DNA of 64,000 nucleotides from Botryllus schlosseri. Lineage: Eukaryota. Shown here one piece after another: positions 21,911-34,497 of this stretch. The notes below the pieces were generated by a model. That model had not been told where the DNA came from and made no database searches. It was given only the letters and a program-made list of their open reading frames with translations. Location: positions 5,520,001 through 5,584,000 of the forward strand of contig CM119372.1 in the NCBI GenBank assembly GCA_051294905.1, written 5' to 3'. The stretch's first letter is position 1. Every line of letters starts with the position of its first letter. The position numbers and the translations under genes were made by a program.

Positions 21911-24420
21911 GTTAGACTCGCTATTTCATGCAGACTCATTTAAACAACGGCTTTCTCGGTCTGCATGCCGATCATGCTATACAGCGGAGAGAGGAATAAC
22001 CATATAGCCATTATTGACCCATAAAGATGCAACAAACTTTGACCCTATACTAAGGATAGGCGTTTTCCCGTGGCAGTAACATGGGTAATGTAGAGATTTC
22101 ATGACTATCTCCATCGCTAGTGGAAAATGTTTATCGAGCTGATCCTATCTCGAAAGGAACCATGACTATAAGATATTCCTAACACTAAAAGTAATTCGGT
22201 TACAGAGATATTCACGTTCTGAAAGAAGGGTCATCAAAAGGAAGCGAACGAGTGACGGATGAAAGGAGAAAGACCGATACCGGGTAGATATCTATCAGCG
22301 TTTCGAAAATCATGAAATAGCCTGCTGATAAATTTGTATTATAGAATTCGAGATACGACGACTGCTTATGCAGAGTACGAAAAGCCAGAACTTCACGTAT
22401 ATATGGGCATAGATACTGGTGTTTACGCCGACAGTGACTGATCACAGTCGTGGACAAGCGTCAATTCGCCTTACATTTTGTCCTGACATGAAATATATTT
22501 CGAAACACGGTGATTATGACCTTCCTTCGTAGTTGATGACTAACGATGCAACAGCTGCTAAGAGATGTTAGCACAAAATACTCCGCTAGCTGAGGTGCGC
22601 CAGACACAAAACAGATAAAACACGAGGCACGGTTACTGTAGCTGTCACAGACGGCAGTGTAGCACACATCTGCTACAATGTAGGTTATATGTAGTAATAG
22701 TAAGGAAGTGTCATGTTATCGCACGTATCGGTTAACCGTCACAAAATATTTTCCTCGTGGAACCACATTACCTTTACCATCAAGGTGGGGTAATAATGGA
22801 GAGCTGCATATGGGCGTTGGCGAGCGTGAAAGGGGCGCTGGCAACGAAATGGGCGATTGGGGGATGTTGACTACAAATTGGGGCGGTAGGCGGAGGCTGA
22901 GAGAAAATGGGGTGATGGAGGTTTAGGCGGCAACTGCTGTGTAGTGTTGAAGCGATTGATAATAAAATAGCAAAATATGCAGTGAAAACTGAAAAATCGG
23001 TTGTCAAGGCAATTTATGGTCGATCCAGGCGACGGTCTATTCAAGCGGCAGTACTGGAAGATTCGATTGTTACTTAACAATATATAGCCTATACTATAGC
23101 CTTCACTGTTTTTTTCGAGTAATACTTTGTGTATACAAGTTTCTAATTGTAGAAGCAGAACACCCTCACAGACTTACATAGGCTACATATGCACCCAAAT
23201 CGTGAGTAATATTGTTAGAAAAAGTTATTGGGTCTCGCTTAACAGTCGCGCGGAGCACGAAAATATTTTCAACCTCACGACTGAATGAATTTTGAAGGTA
23301 ATATTGGTGGTTTCACAAATCTTACTTGCAACTATTTATCCATTATAAGCCAACGTGATCATATTAACCGATAGAGCTGATGGAGGGAGTGTCTTCGAAA
23401 ATTTTGGTCACAAAATTAATGATGATGCATCTTCCGTTTTTTTTAATCACTTTGTTGCATCATGTTATTTCTTGACCTCCCAGCAGGATTGTCAGTATAG
23501 CCAATATATATTGGAATCTCTCAAACTTACTGAAAAACCGTCATTCGTGAGACGCACACGATTCCCACTTGGTATTTCTTTTTGGAGCGCATAGCTTTCC
23601 TATGCGTTTCGCATTTGTACGATGGTGCTCAGATTGCAAGGACACTATTACATTAAAAACGAAAAATTCAAGTCGCCCTGAATCAAGTTAAGCGTGGAGA
23701 AAATTTTCAAGTCGAATTTACGGCCGCCAGCACACGCTAATATAAATATGTGTAGACGGCCGTATAATTAGAATTACGATTTTACTGATCAACGCGGCCG
23801 TAGACCCTACGTCCGCAGGTTGGCCACCCATGGCCTAATCGAAATAAGAATGAGCAATGCTGCAACGTATTGGAGATGCTAAATAATAATCAGCACTCGA
23901 GGTTGCCGGACCACCATCTAACATGGTGGTTTTCGAACTCGACCCTATGGCTACGCCCCTGCGGTTATGTACACTGCGCTATTTATAAGCTTCTGGAAGG
24001 ATGTACCAATTCAAAATTACGCAGCCATCGTGGCGGTATCCACGAATATCACTATATATCTGACAGATATCGCATGCTGAGCACATGTTAACACCAGCAT
24101 GTTCTACTGCAAAAGGAACCAAAAGGTTCAATATCAGCCGTTAAATGACGAGAATAAACATTTGCTGATGACATCACAAAAAGAATGTCATTTACAGGCT
24201 GCGTACGCAGTTAAGATGAACATTGTGCGATATTGCACATCCTGTCAACCTGTTCTGAAGTATGAACTTGCCTATTTATTAAGATAGCCAGTTAAAGGTC
24301 TATTGTAATGCGAATCTGGTACACCCCTGTACAGTGTACACCCAATGCGAGTGGTACACCCTTAAAACATTATGGTACACCCTGGTGTGTACGATACATC
24401 CGGTTAAAGAACCAGCTATC

Positions 24421-25467
24421 AAGTTATCACACAAATTGAAGGGTACCTATAAAATCTGACATGTGGCAATATGAACGGCGGTATCATCATAATGATGGAA
24501 CAATGGCGTATACGGATTTGAACACTGACATATGATAGAACGTAGATATAACTCTGTCCATGCCCAATTTTATGTAGATCCGTCGCCAAAAACGTGTCCA
24601 AAATAGATAACTATGAATTAGCGCTTGTAATATTTCAACCAAACACGCGAGAAGCTCTCGTGTTACGATGAGCGCAGTCTCGGAAACAAACTTTTGTGAT
24701 AAATATCCACGATATCCCTAGACGAAGCTTGTAGAGCCCCTTATTCGTGACAAATATTGCAGCTATAGCATATGTACTTCCGGTGTAACACAACGCCGAC
24801 TTGTAGAAAAAATTAGGACATTTTGGCGAATCGCGTGTATGAGAATTGCCACGAAATCGCAAAAAGCTCTCGTTTTACAATGAGCGCAGTTCCGGAAACA
24901 AACATTTGTCACGATTAAGGTTCTGTACAAGCTTCGTCTAGGGATATCGTGGATATTTATCATAAATATTAGTTTCCAGAACTGCGCTCATTGTAAAACG
25001 AGAGTTTTTCGCGATTTCGTGGCAATTCTCATATACGCGATTCGCCAAAATGTCCTAATTTTTTCTGTAAGTCGGCGTTGTGTTACACCGGAAGTACATT
25101 TGCTATAGCTGCAATATTTGTCACAAATAAGGGGCTCTACAAGCTTCGTCTAGGGATATCGTGGACATTTATCACAAAAGTTTGTTTCCGGAACTACGCT
25201 CACCGTAACACGAGAGCTTCTCGCGTATTTGGTTGAAATATTACAAGATCTAATTCATAGAAAGTTATCTATTTTGGACACGTTTTTGGCGACGGATCTA
25301 CATAAAATTTGGTGTGGACAGAGTTATATCTACGTTCTATCATATGTCAGTGTTCAAATCCGGATACGCAATCCGGATACGCCATTGTTCCATCATTGTG
25401 ATGATACCACCGTTCATGTTCCCGCATTTCAGATTTAGTGAGTACCCTTCAATTCGTGTGATAACTT
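24421..25467. repeat. About 1.05-kb foldback (long inverted repeat) element
   Basis: 24421-24900 is the near reverse complement of about 24975-25467 (AAGTTATCACAC...GTGTGATAACTT), with internal sub-repeats. Confidence 0.9.
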
Positions 25468-27861
25468 CCCTCAGTTGATTAAAGAGCCTTGCTCTAGAGT
25501 CTAGAAAAACTATAGAAAAGCCTTATGTTCTTAACAGGCTCACGCCTCTCTTGCGGCTGTAACCGTACTGTACTACGTAATATCGGGTATAAGCTGACGC
25601 AACCATTGCACTTACAATTGTACTTACACAGCCTTGATTTTGAAACGGATGTTAATTGTTTAATCATTGGTTCGAATGACATCATACTGATGCAAAATAC
25701 AGATATTAATAAGAGGAACACAAACTATAATTTACTGTACAAGTGTCAGAAGGAGGTGCATTGCAACGTTTCTTCCCGTCAATAGTCGACGGTCCGCGAC
25801 TCCGCGAGTTCTTGAAGTAAATTCCGTAGTTCATCAGAACCAACCAGAAGTTGTCTTCCTCTACCTACACATTTCAGATGTTGGTGGTATACGTTTCTTG
25901 AAAATTTGATTGGAGATGTGGCATTGCGCACCAGTAGGACGAGTGATGACGCCATTCCCATGATTTTCAAAATTCGCGGGGCACTAAGAGAATGACACTT
26001 GCTTTCCGGCTATGACCAAGGTTAATGAAGTAGCGCATCATCATCTTAGCATAATGGCCAAGAAGACGGTTGTGATTAGGGTTGCATTTAAAACAAAAAT
26101 CTATTTGAACCAAAAATGTTTAAAACAAGGCCTTTGTTTAAAACAAGTTTTTTATTTTATATTTTATCAAGTCATGACGTCACGAATATTCGATTGTGAC
26201 GTCATAGTGGGTTGACATTGACGATTGAAAACATAGGGTCAATATAGCTCCTTTGACGAAATGTCTGTAGGCCTACTACAACTGTTCAACCGACAATTCT
26301 GAGGCTTCCAACCATCCCATATCGATATACGTCGGCTAAATCGGGTGGTATTATCCGCAGGCTCATACAACATATTTTTTTGAAAATATTTACACAATTA
26401 TGGCATAATTTTACAATTTAAAAAACACAATTTTTTTAAAAGGCTTTTGTTTAAAACCCTGTTTAACACAAGTTTTAAACAAACCTTTCAAACAATCAAT
26501 TGTTTTAAATGGAACCCTACTTGTGATATGACCTCAATATAATCGACGGAGTCACTAGCTGGTAATTAACTTGCTGCCGCCGTCCTATTCAGTTGCGCAA
26601 ACAAGCTGCTCTCATCGCTGTATTCAATATGCAAACAATGAGATGCGAGGAAGTGAAAGCAAATCACCTACTTGGATCAAGACCCCTACGTGCATTTACA
26701 ACAGCACATTGTACAATGTACATTTATACAATCATGTACCCGACAACAGCGCAATGGTATAATGACTAAGGCAGATTGATGAAGCTAGATTCATTGGTGC
26801 ATATCTACGGTAACAAGGTTGACAAAGTACGCTTCAATCTGAGATTTCAGTGCACAGAAGGGACAATTGATTAGATACCATTATGGCACAGTAGATATGA
26901 AAAGTCAATGTCTCAACCAGTATTGCGTAATGATAATCACTGGGGACTCGGTCAGTTATAGATGTGCTGCTATCGATGTTAAGAATTTGATTCGGGTATA
27001 GCAGATGATGTTTTAAAATGACTCGTACATACATTAGTTTGTGGCTAAAATCATTTGTACTGTATCAGCACGGTGACAAGAACAGCAGCGATACAATGAC
27101 AATAATAATGGAACAGTCATCTCTTTGTCGTTGGCATTGACTATATAATGGAAAACTTGAATTGGTTGGTTTGCGTTACCTTACCTTCTGTATATGTTAT
27201 TCATATTCGATATCCCAATCCCCTTTCCAAAGAAAAGCTTTTTGCTCTGATATCCTTACGCGAAGCTTTGGTGTAAATTTGCTTCGAACAAAGCTTGGAT
27301 AGGATAATGAAAATATATGCGAGGTTAAATGTATCTTACTTCATACATACTGATTTTATCGAAGTGAACGCCTGAAGTTTAGTCGGTAACAAAATCTGTA
27401 CTGCGCATGCGCATCAAACCACGTTCAAGGTTTTTGAAATATCGTGGATAGTATTCAGATACATCACTCTCATTCCATATGCTTCGAAACATGCCCGGAA
27501 TCCTTACTTCGACCATCGAGATGCACTCGTTGGCTATTACACTTTTAGTAGAGCATTGAAACGTAACTCGGGGTTGTATTCTACGTACCGTAGGCCAGCA
27601 AAAGGGTTCAGAGTATATTCGTGAAAGGGAACAATCTTTCGACATGTAGTTGTTATCGGAAAAATATAATATTCAACATGTCCATTACATTTTATGCGAT
27701 TATTACGATAAGTTGCCTTTGTTCACCAAGAAGCCCCCGAAGATTTTCTGCATCTCCAAATACCTGTTAATATTATAGATTTCGTCACAGAAGATATGCA
27801 TTAGGAATTGAAACCGATGCTGTTGACTTGAAAATATTTATATTGGATTATTATCTGCGGC

Positions 27862-27934
27862 ATGAAGCCCAACGCCAGCACTGTCCTTATCACAGCTATT
27901 ATAACAGTCCTATCACGTCACGTCCTTGCTCAAG
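27862..27934 (+). CDS. Unit C signal-peptide exon (MKPNASTVLITAIITVLSRHVLAQ)
   Basis: 73 nt like leader B; CAAG|gttagt donor; conserved upstream region. Confidence 0.82.
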
Positions 27935-28223
27935 GTTAGTGCAATGAGGTATATAATAATATTAATATGTGAGGGATCGACGTCCATTCACGCTGATAGT
28001 GACAGTGAATGTATAATGGTGTGGATCTTAGCTTCCCATGAGTTTGGCGTAAGATATGAAATAACGATATTCGAGATCAGGAATCGAGCTTTGATCAAAT
28101 TCGATACTCTATTTGTTGTGATTGGTATTCATGGTGTTGGTCCACTATAGTGGCCATTTGCACAAGGCCTGTTTCCTTCTATCTTCATTCCGTTTTTGCC
28201 GGTAACGCGTAAAGGCTTATAGC

Positions 28224-28746
28224 TGGGGCTGGGCAAAATCGAGTACCTGAGAGATTCCATTCTGAATCACGAAATATGCTTCAAGTTGGGTCGAGTAATC
28301 GGGTATCACTCATTATGACGTCATAACAGAATTAAATACGTCAAAATTCAAATATACGCCATTTATGCCACCACAAAGAATATAATGCCTGGTATCAATC
28401 TCATAAAAGATACTTTGATATTTTTTCGACCATACCTATTTCCTTCCACTTGGTGACAATGTTGTGGGTCCATCATGACTTCGGAAATGTGCTACGTCCA
28501 GCAACCTTCGTAGCTTTGGACTATATGTTTCGTAAGCTATGATACTGCCAAGCAAGGTTTCAAGACTTGAACAGTGAAAATTAGTATCGAAACCATAATT
28601 CTCGTTGATAAATTAACTTTCAGTGGCGAGAACTGAGAAGCGTAATAATTCAGTACTCCAAAAAATTTCTTTTACTACTCGACTCGAATCATTAAAATTA
28701 ATACTCGATTCAGATTCGAGTACTCGAATCATTGTGCCCAGCCCTA
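28224..28746. mobile_element. hAT MITE (TAGGGCTGGGCA TIR, TACTCGA motifs) in unit C intron 1
   Basis: TIRs present, TSD CTTATAGC/CGTATAGC; inverted relative at 51633-57100. Confidence 0.8.
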
Positions 28747-29104
28747 CGTATAGCTCGTTGCTCATCTATGGGAGGCGGTCGGACACATATTTAATCCATA
28801 CTGACATGTTCATTGTTCATCTTCACAAAACAGCAGATGAGATATTGCTCATGGAATCGAATATATATGTATAAAATATCTCTAATAATTTCTATGTGGT
28901 AGAGCTAAGACACTATCTGTTGTTTACTATTGTTATATACTTGCGGTAGTGGTCAGGAGCTGAGTGCTCTTACGTTTTTTTTGGAAGTAACGAAGTAGGT
29001 TTATCCTGCTTGCACTGTTTACTTCAACGGTTATGTATGTTGACTTCTTTCACTTCTACTTAATAGTTTTCAGGTAAAACTGCTTAATTTTTGGACTTTG
29101 GATG

Positions 29105-29706
29105 CAGGGTTGTAATGACTCGAGTCATGACTCGACCTGAGTCAGACTCGAGTCACGATTTTCTGATGACTCGACTTGACTCGAGTCATTTTCTCCAAAT
29201 ACGGAAATGACTAGACTCGACTCGAGTCAATCTGTGTACTGACTCGACTTGGACTCGAGTCATCGCGCATAACTCGAACCAAGTCATATGACTCGAGACT
29301 CAGACAGCCAAGACCGACATTTTATTCTAATTTTGAAGAATAGAAAGGTAATTACACTATCGTGATTTCATCTATTGGTACTGGTACTTGAAAATGCGAC
29401 CAGAAACTGCTAAAAGTGAGGAAAATTAGCATATTATAAATTCGAACCATTCGATATCACCAAACAGAGTTATAAAAAGTGGCTTTAACAAGACGTACTT
29501 TAACTGGAAACTGAGCAGTCAACACAATGACTTGGACTCGGACTCGAGTCACAATACCATGACTCGGACTCGACCCTCTGCTCGATGACTTGGACTCGGA
29601 CTTGACTCGGTGGTGAATTGAAAATGACTCGACTTGACTTGAGTCAAAACTATAAAAGTGAGATTGACTTGTGACTCGGAACCATGTGACTTGGTTCACA
29701 ACCCTG
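29105..29706. mobile_element. hAT MITE (CAGGGTTG TIR, GACTC arrays)
   Basis: Perfect TSD TTTGGATG; relatives at 53529-54086 and partially at about 9060-9205. Confidence 0.9.
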
Positions 29707-30303
29707 TTTGGATGTTGTAAAGTAGAAAATAGTTATGGGACATGTTTCCATCACGTTTTTGAGTGCAATTGTTATGATGACTTGGTGAAATAGCCCCTTC
29801 ATCTGTGTAACTAAATGTATTCTCTCACATTGCACAAATCCGTCATGTCAATAGTGAATATCCTCCCAACAATTTCGGAAGTGGTCAACTCCGCGGTGAC
29901 CACTTAATGTATTTGCGACTTCTCGAACTAATCTACCTTTGGAAACTAATTACTTGAATTCTTTTCAAATGTTCATTTTTTACTTCAACTTGAAGAAGGT
30001 GTGATATATCTTGGACATCTCTACTTCTACTTGAAATAGAGTAGAAATTTACTGTGTTTATTCTACTGTTACTACGACTATTCCTTTGAACATTTCTAGA
30101 TATACTTGTTGTTAATTAAATACGTTATGCATGGACTGCATGCGGGTATTTAGTATTACAAATACATAAGGCCCTATGGTTGCAGTGGTCGCGTTGTTGC
30201 GTCAGATCTCAGTTTGAGTAAAACACTTGAATTCATTTGGATTAGCTAGATATCACCACTAAATTGGAACTACAACTAACAACTGGCATTGTGTACCCAA
30301 CAG

Positions 30304-30570
30304 ATGAGCTTTCGTTTTGTGGCGACGATGGTGATGGATGTAAAATTATTCCGCTTGGCACTAGAAGCAATGTGACATGCATGTCTGCATCAGAGAAAGG
30401 TGTGACGTGGTGGCATGACAGAATGCGTGTGTCTGTGTCTCCGTTGCCGCGACCTGTTCGACAAATTGATGGTCAATTGCACTTTTACATCTCCGCGACT
30501 GTTGAAGATTCTGGTGATTACTACTGCAGATCTTTAACAGGAAAAAAACTATTGCAAGTCTACATTGTGA
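30304..30570 (+). CDS. Unit C Ig-domain exon
   Basis: ctaac..cccaacag|ATGAG acceptor, GTGA|gtaagt donor, 267 nt (same length as A); VTC..VTWWHD..EDSGDYYC. Confidence 0.88.
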
Positions 30571-30743
30571 GTAAGTAAATAGGAAATACTCCCTTTTATA
30601 GTTTATAGAAATTTTGAATAGCACAGACGTTCAGCATTATAAACAATCAAGCATATTTGTGATGACTACTGAACGAGTACTCGTTTAGAACGGGCTTTCA
30701 AACAATTTAGGAACAACTTCACTATTTTAACTGTCACCAACAG

Positions 30744-30833
30744 ACGTGACCGAGGATACGGCAGAGGAATTGTGTAATACTGATCCAATGGAATGGTCTA
30801 CTGGTGCTACTACAGCTATTTCGACATCCGCAG
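30744..30833 (+). CDS. Unit C stalk exon 1 (NVTEDTAEELCNTDPMEWSTGATTAISTSA)
   Basis: caccaacag| acceptor, GCAG|gtatta donor, 90 nt, phase 1-1. Confidence 0.72.
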
Positions 30834-31499
30834 GTATTATTGTGTGAGTTCATTATATAGGTCACGATGATCAGGCGTACATATAGCTGTATACCGTGTG
30901 TGGGCGTGTTGGGTAGTATATGGACGAGCAGGAGGATGGGGGTTGGGGGTTGGTGCTGTGGTAGTACACTCCCGCCAAAATATATACAAATAGGTTCATA
31001 TTGAATGTCAATTTCGCTCCAACCTTTGAATATATATATATGTTGGGTTGTTAAAAATATCGATTGTGTTATGAGTTGTCATTTCTGCAGTAATTGATTG
31101 GACATGGTTCTAATTAGAGGGGACAGATGTGGTTAACAACGACATGACGCTTTTCGCAATATGGTTTACCGACAACCTGTAGCATGGTCCACCTGTACAT
31201 TATACACGCACCAGACTAGTGCTGGATACAGAGATGCGATCCCAGAAAGGTTCTGGCTCGTGTGAACACTTGTTTATCAAATGAGTTATATGGGAGCACG
31301 AATTTGAACACGAGCATATGACGTCCCGCGACGTCTCATTGGTAATTTCGAACACCTTGCATACTTTGTTATGACATTTTTAACGGTACCAGACGATGAG
31401 CATTATGAGTAAGTAGGAATATTTGGGATGGATAGAAACGAGTTGTTCTATAAAGCAGGCTTTCAATCAATTTTGGAAAATTCTAACTTTCGCTCACAG

Positions 31500-31589
31500 A
31501 TATATCCGAGAGAACGACGTTGGATTTGCATACTACTGATCCTTTGGAACCGTTTACTAGTTCCGCAACTGCCATTTCCAGACCCGCAA
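31500..31589 (+). CDS. Unit C stalk exon 2 (DISERTTLDLHTTDPLEPFTSSATAISRPA)
   Basis: ttcgctcacag| acceptor as in stalk A, GCAA|gtatta donor, 90 nt; the Cys position is His. Confidence 0.6.
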
Positions 31590-34497
31590 GTATTATTGTA
31601 TGTATTCATTAAATTAGTCACGATGATAAAGACGATAAAGGCTTAAAATATATGTTTATATATGGGCGCTATACTTGTATGTTTATTTGTGTGTGTGTGT
31701 GTGTGTTTGCGTGTGCTGTGTTGGTGTTCCGCCAGCAATATGCGAGATGGGACAATATTGAAGACAAATGTGGAATATTCGTTGATTGAACGCCATTTTT
31801 ATTCTTACCGTCGACTATGTTTCAGTATAAGCATGTTCCAAATGTCGAAGATGATATACTGAATTTAGTTCATTATGATGTTCGTATAGGCCAGCGGTTC
31901 ATAACCTTTTTTCCTGCAGCACCCCCTTTCGAAAATTGCCTGGGTCTGGCGCCCACCATCTTTTAGGAACAGTCGTAAAAGCAAGGGGTAAGAGATCGAG
32001 GTCTATGGTCGGTCTTTTCGAGTTGGAATCTCACTATTGGAAATAGTTAGAATCGCGCCCGAGGACCACTAGACTTGTTACCGCTATGATAATTGTACGT
32101 GTTATATTTGGGATCAAATCAAGGTTGTGATATCAACCATTCGGTACGGGCTCATACCATCTGGTCGATTAACTTTAACATGAATGTATTCCAAAAAAAG
32201 TATATAACGTTCATGTAAGGTTGCGGGTCACAGCACGAAAAGTATCATCCTTTATGACACGAAGAAGAAATATTTTGTAAATTCAAGTTTTGTAGTTCTC
32301 AAATACAAATATATCTAGTTAATTATTTTGATCAAAGCTTCAAAGCATCTTTAATGTAGAAAGGGCCCTCAAGCGCACTCGTAAAAATGGTACAATGCCT
32401 CTTTCCGTTCGCTGCGGGATAAATTACCTTGTTCATAACCATTCGTGGCAAATAATCCAAGGTAGCGTGATTGTAATATTTTAACGAGCAATTGGCGAAC
32501 CAAAATACGCGCTACCAATATTACATAAAATATAATAAACCATTGCATACATGGAAACATGTTGCAAACATGGCCGAAATAAATTTCGCGCATAGCTCGA
32601 CGAAATATTTCGACATTTGACGGATTTTGTCTTATGTTAATTTGCAATGAGAACTCGGGGATATATAAAACTGTTGTTCTACTACCATAGGCGCCGCCTT
32701 TTATTTTTGTACGAGGTGGCGAAGTCTTGTGACGTCATAATTGTGCCATGTCAATGACGTCATCGTCGCACTAAAACGCACTTTACTACATGCCGCTGGT
32801 GTGCGTGCAGCGTTAAACGATTCGCGTTTTACGTTACGTTACGTTTTAATACCGGCCCTGCACTCATTATTATCAAACCATGCAGTCGAGTGATTAAGTG
32901 GAATCTTAAAACGGTACGATCATTCGTCGATCATCAACGATGTAACGAACAAAAATCAGAATTTACGTCACTGAGAATTTGGAGTTTGTTATTAACGCGC
33001 AATGCGTCGTGTGAGTAACGAAATGCACTACGCACTGGGCTGGCAAGTTCGCAAGTAACACACGACAACTCTCGAATATGAGGTTCCAAACAGACAATAA
33101 TGATGATTACAAACGCGAAATCGCGCAGCCAATCAGCAATTGTCTCTTGCGGTTTCTGACTTCGCGTTGAGAAGCTCGCATCGCGGCAATTGTTTGCAGA
33201 TTAAAACAGTGATTTTAGCGGCATTGGTGCATTTCTCGATTTACGTTCGCTAAGCATTTTCGGAGTACATCCAGGCGCGTAGCAAACCAGTGGGGTTTTG
33301 GGAAACCCCCTCCTTAAAACGCAAAACCCCGTCTTTTTCAAATGAGCGCTCTGATGCTAATACTCGGTTGCAATTCAGTCGTATTATCAGTGTCACGCGC
33401 GGCCTACGAAAGGCGTGTCGGCAATAAGCGAGATTCGTTCGCACGCATTGCACTGAACAGTGAACTTGAACATGCACAATGTAACGCGACACGATCTCCC
33501 GCTGAGATAATTGCGAAATTAGGTCATTCATTGCCCAGCGCTCGGCAATTGTTGCTAGCCTTATTTATCGCGTCACCTACAAGCCTAATTCCGTTGGCTT
33601 CAATAATCGCATCTGCAATAGGCCAGGTGCGCAGTGCGCACGATATCATCGTTGGCTTACAAAATCGCATCGGCATTGGCTTGGTGCATACGATATCATC
33701 ACTGGCCTACACAATCGCATCTGCAATAGGCCTAGTACGAAACATATCGCTAGCCTAACTACCGCGTCTCGGGCCTACCATGATGCTTTGGCTCCTACTT
33801 CCCGATCATTTGGATAAAATGCCGTTAAGTATATGCTGATTAGCGATTCAGATTAAAGACTATTATCTCCAAACTGAATGACATCGAATGTCCGCAAACA
33901 TGTGCGACGCGTGCGTACATGCGTAATTGATTTCCGCTAATACTTGAACATAACTATCAGAAGCTGTGTGTCAAGGCTTGAGTTATAAAAGAGGTGAGGT
34001 TTGAACCACCTGAAATCGGCGTCATTATAGCACATATTCCATAAAAACTCGTACATTTTGACTAGCGCAAATCGTCGCCAAGGCTACATAAGACGTAGGA
34101 TGCATTAATAAGCGCGCGTATTTAATTGTTCGACGTGTTGATAAGCGCGCGTATTTAATTGTTCACGACCGATAAGGGAGTCGCTAGTTAACATCACTTC
34201 CGGACTCGTCGATAATACGATGATATCGTGCACACCAGGCAGAAGCCGCCAATGCAGATGCGATTGCGCAGAAAAGCTATGATATAGTTTGAACTGGGCC
34301 TACTGCAGATACGATTGTTCAAGCCAGCGGAATCAGGCTTGTTCGAGATACGATCAATCAGGCTGGCGACGATTGCCACGCGCACGGCAATGACTGACCT
34401 AATTTCACGACCATGTCAGCGGGATATCATCACTGACTCTTCGCGCTAATTGAAAACTTGCCTCTCGCAAATCGGCCGCACGGAACACCGATAACAC

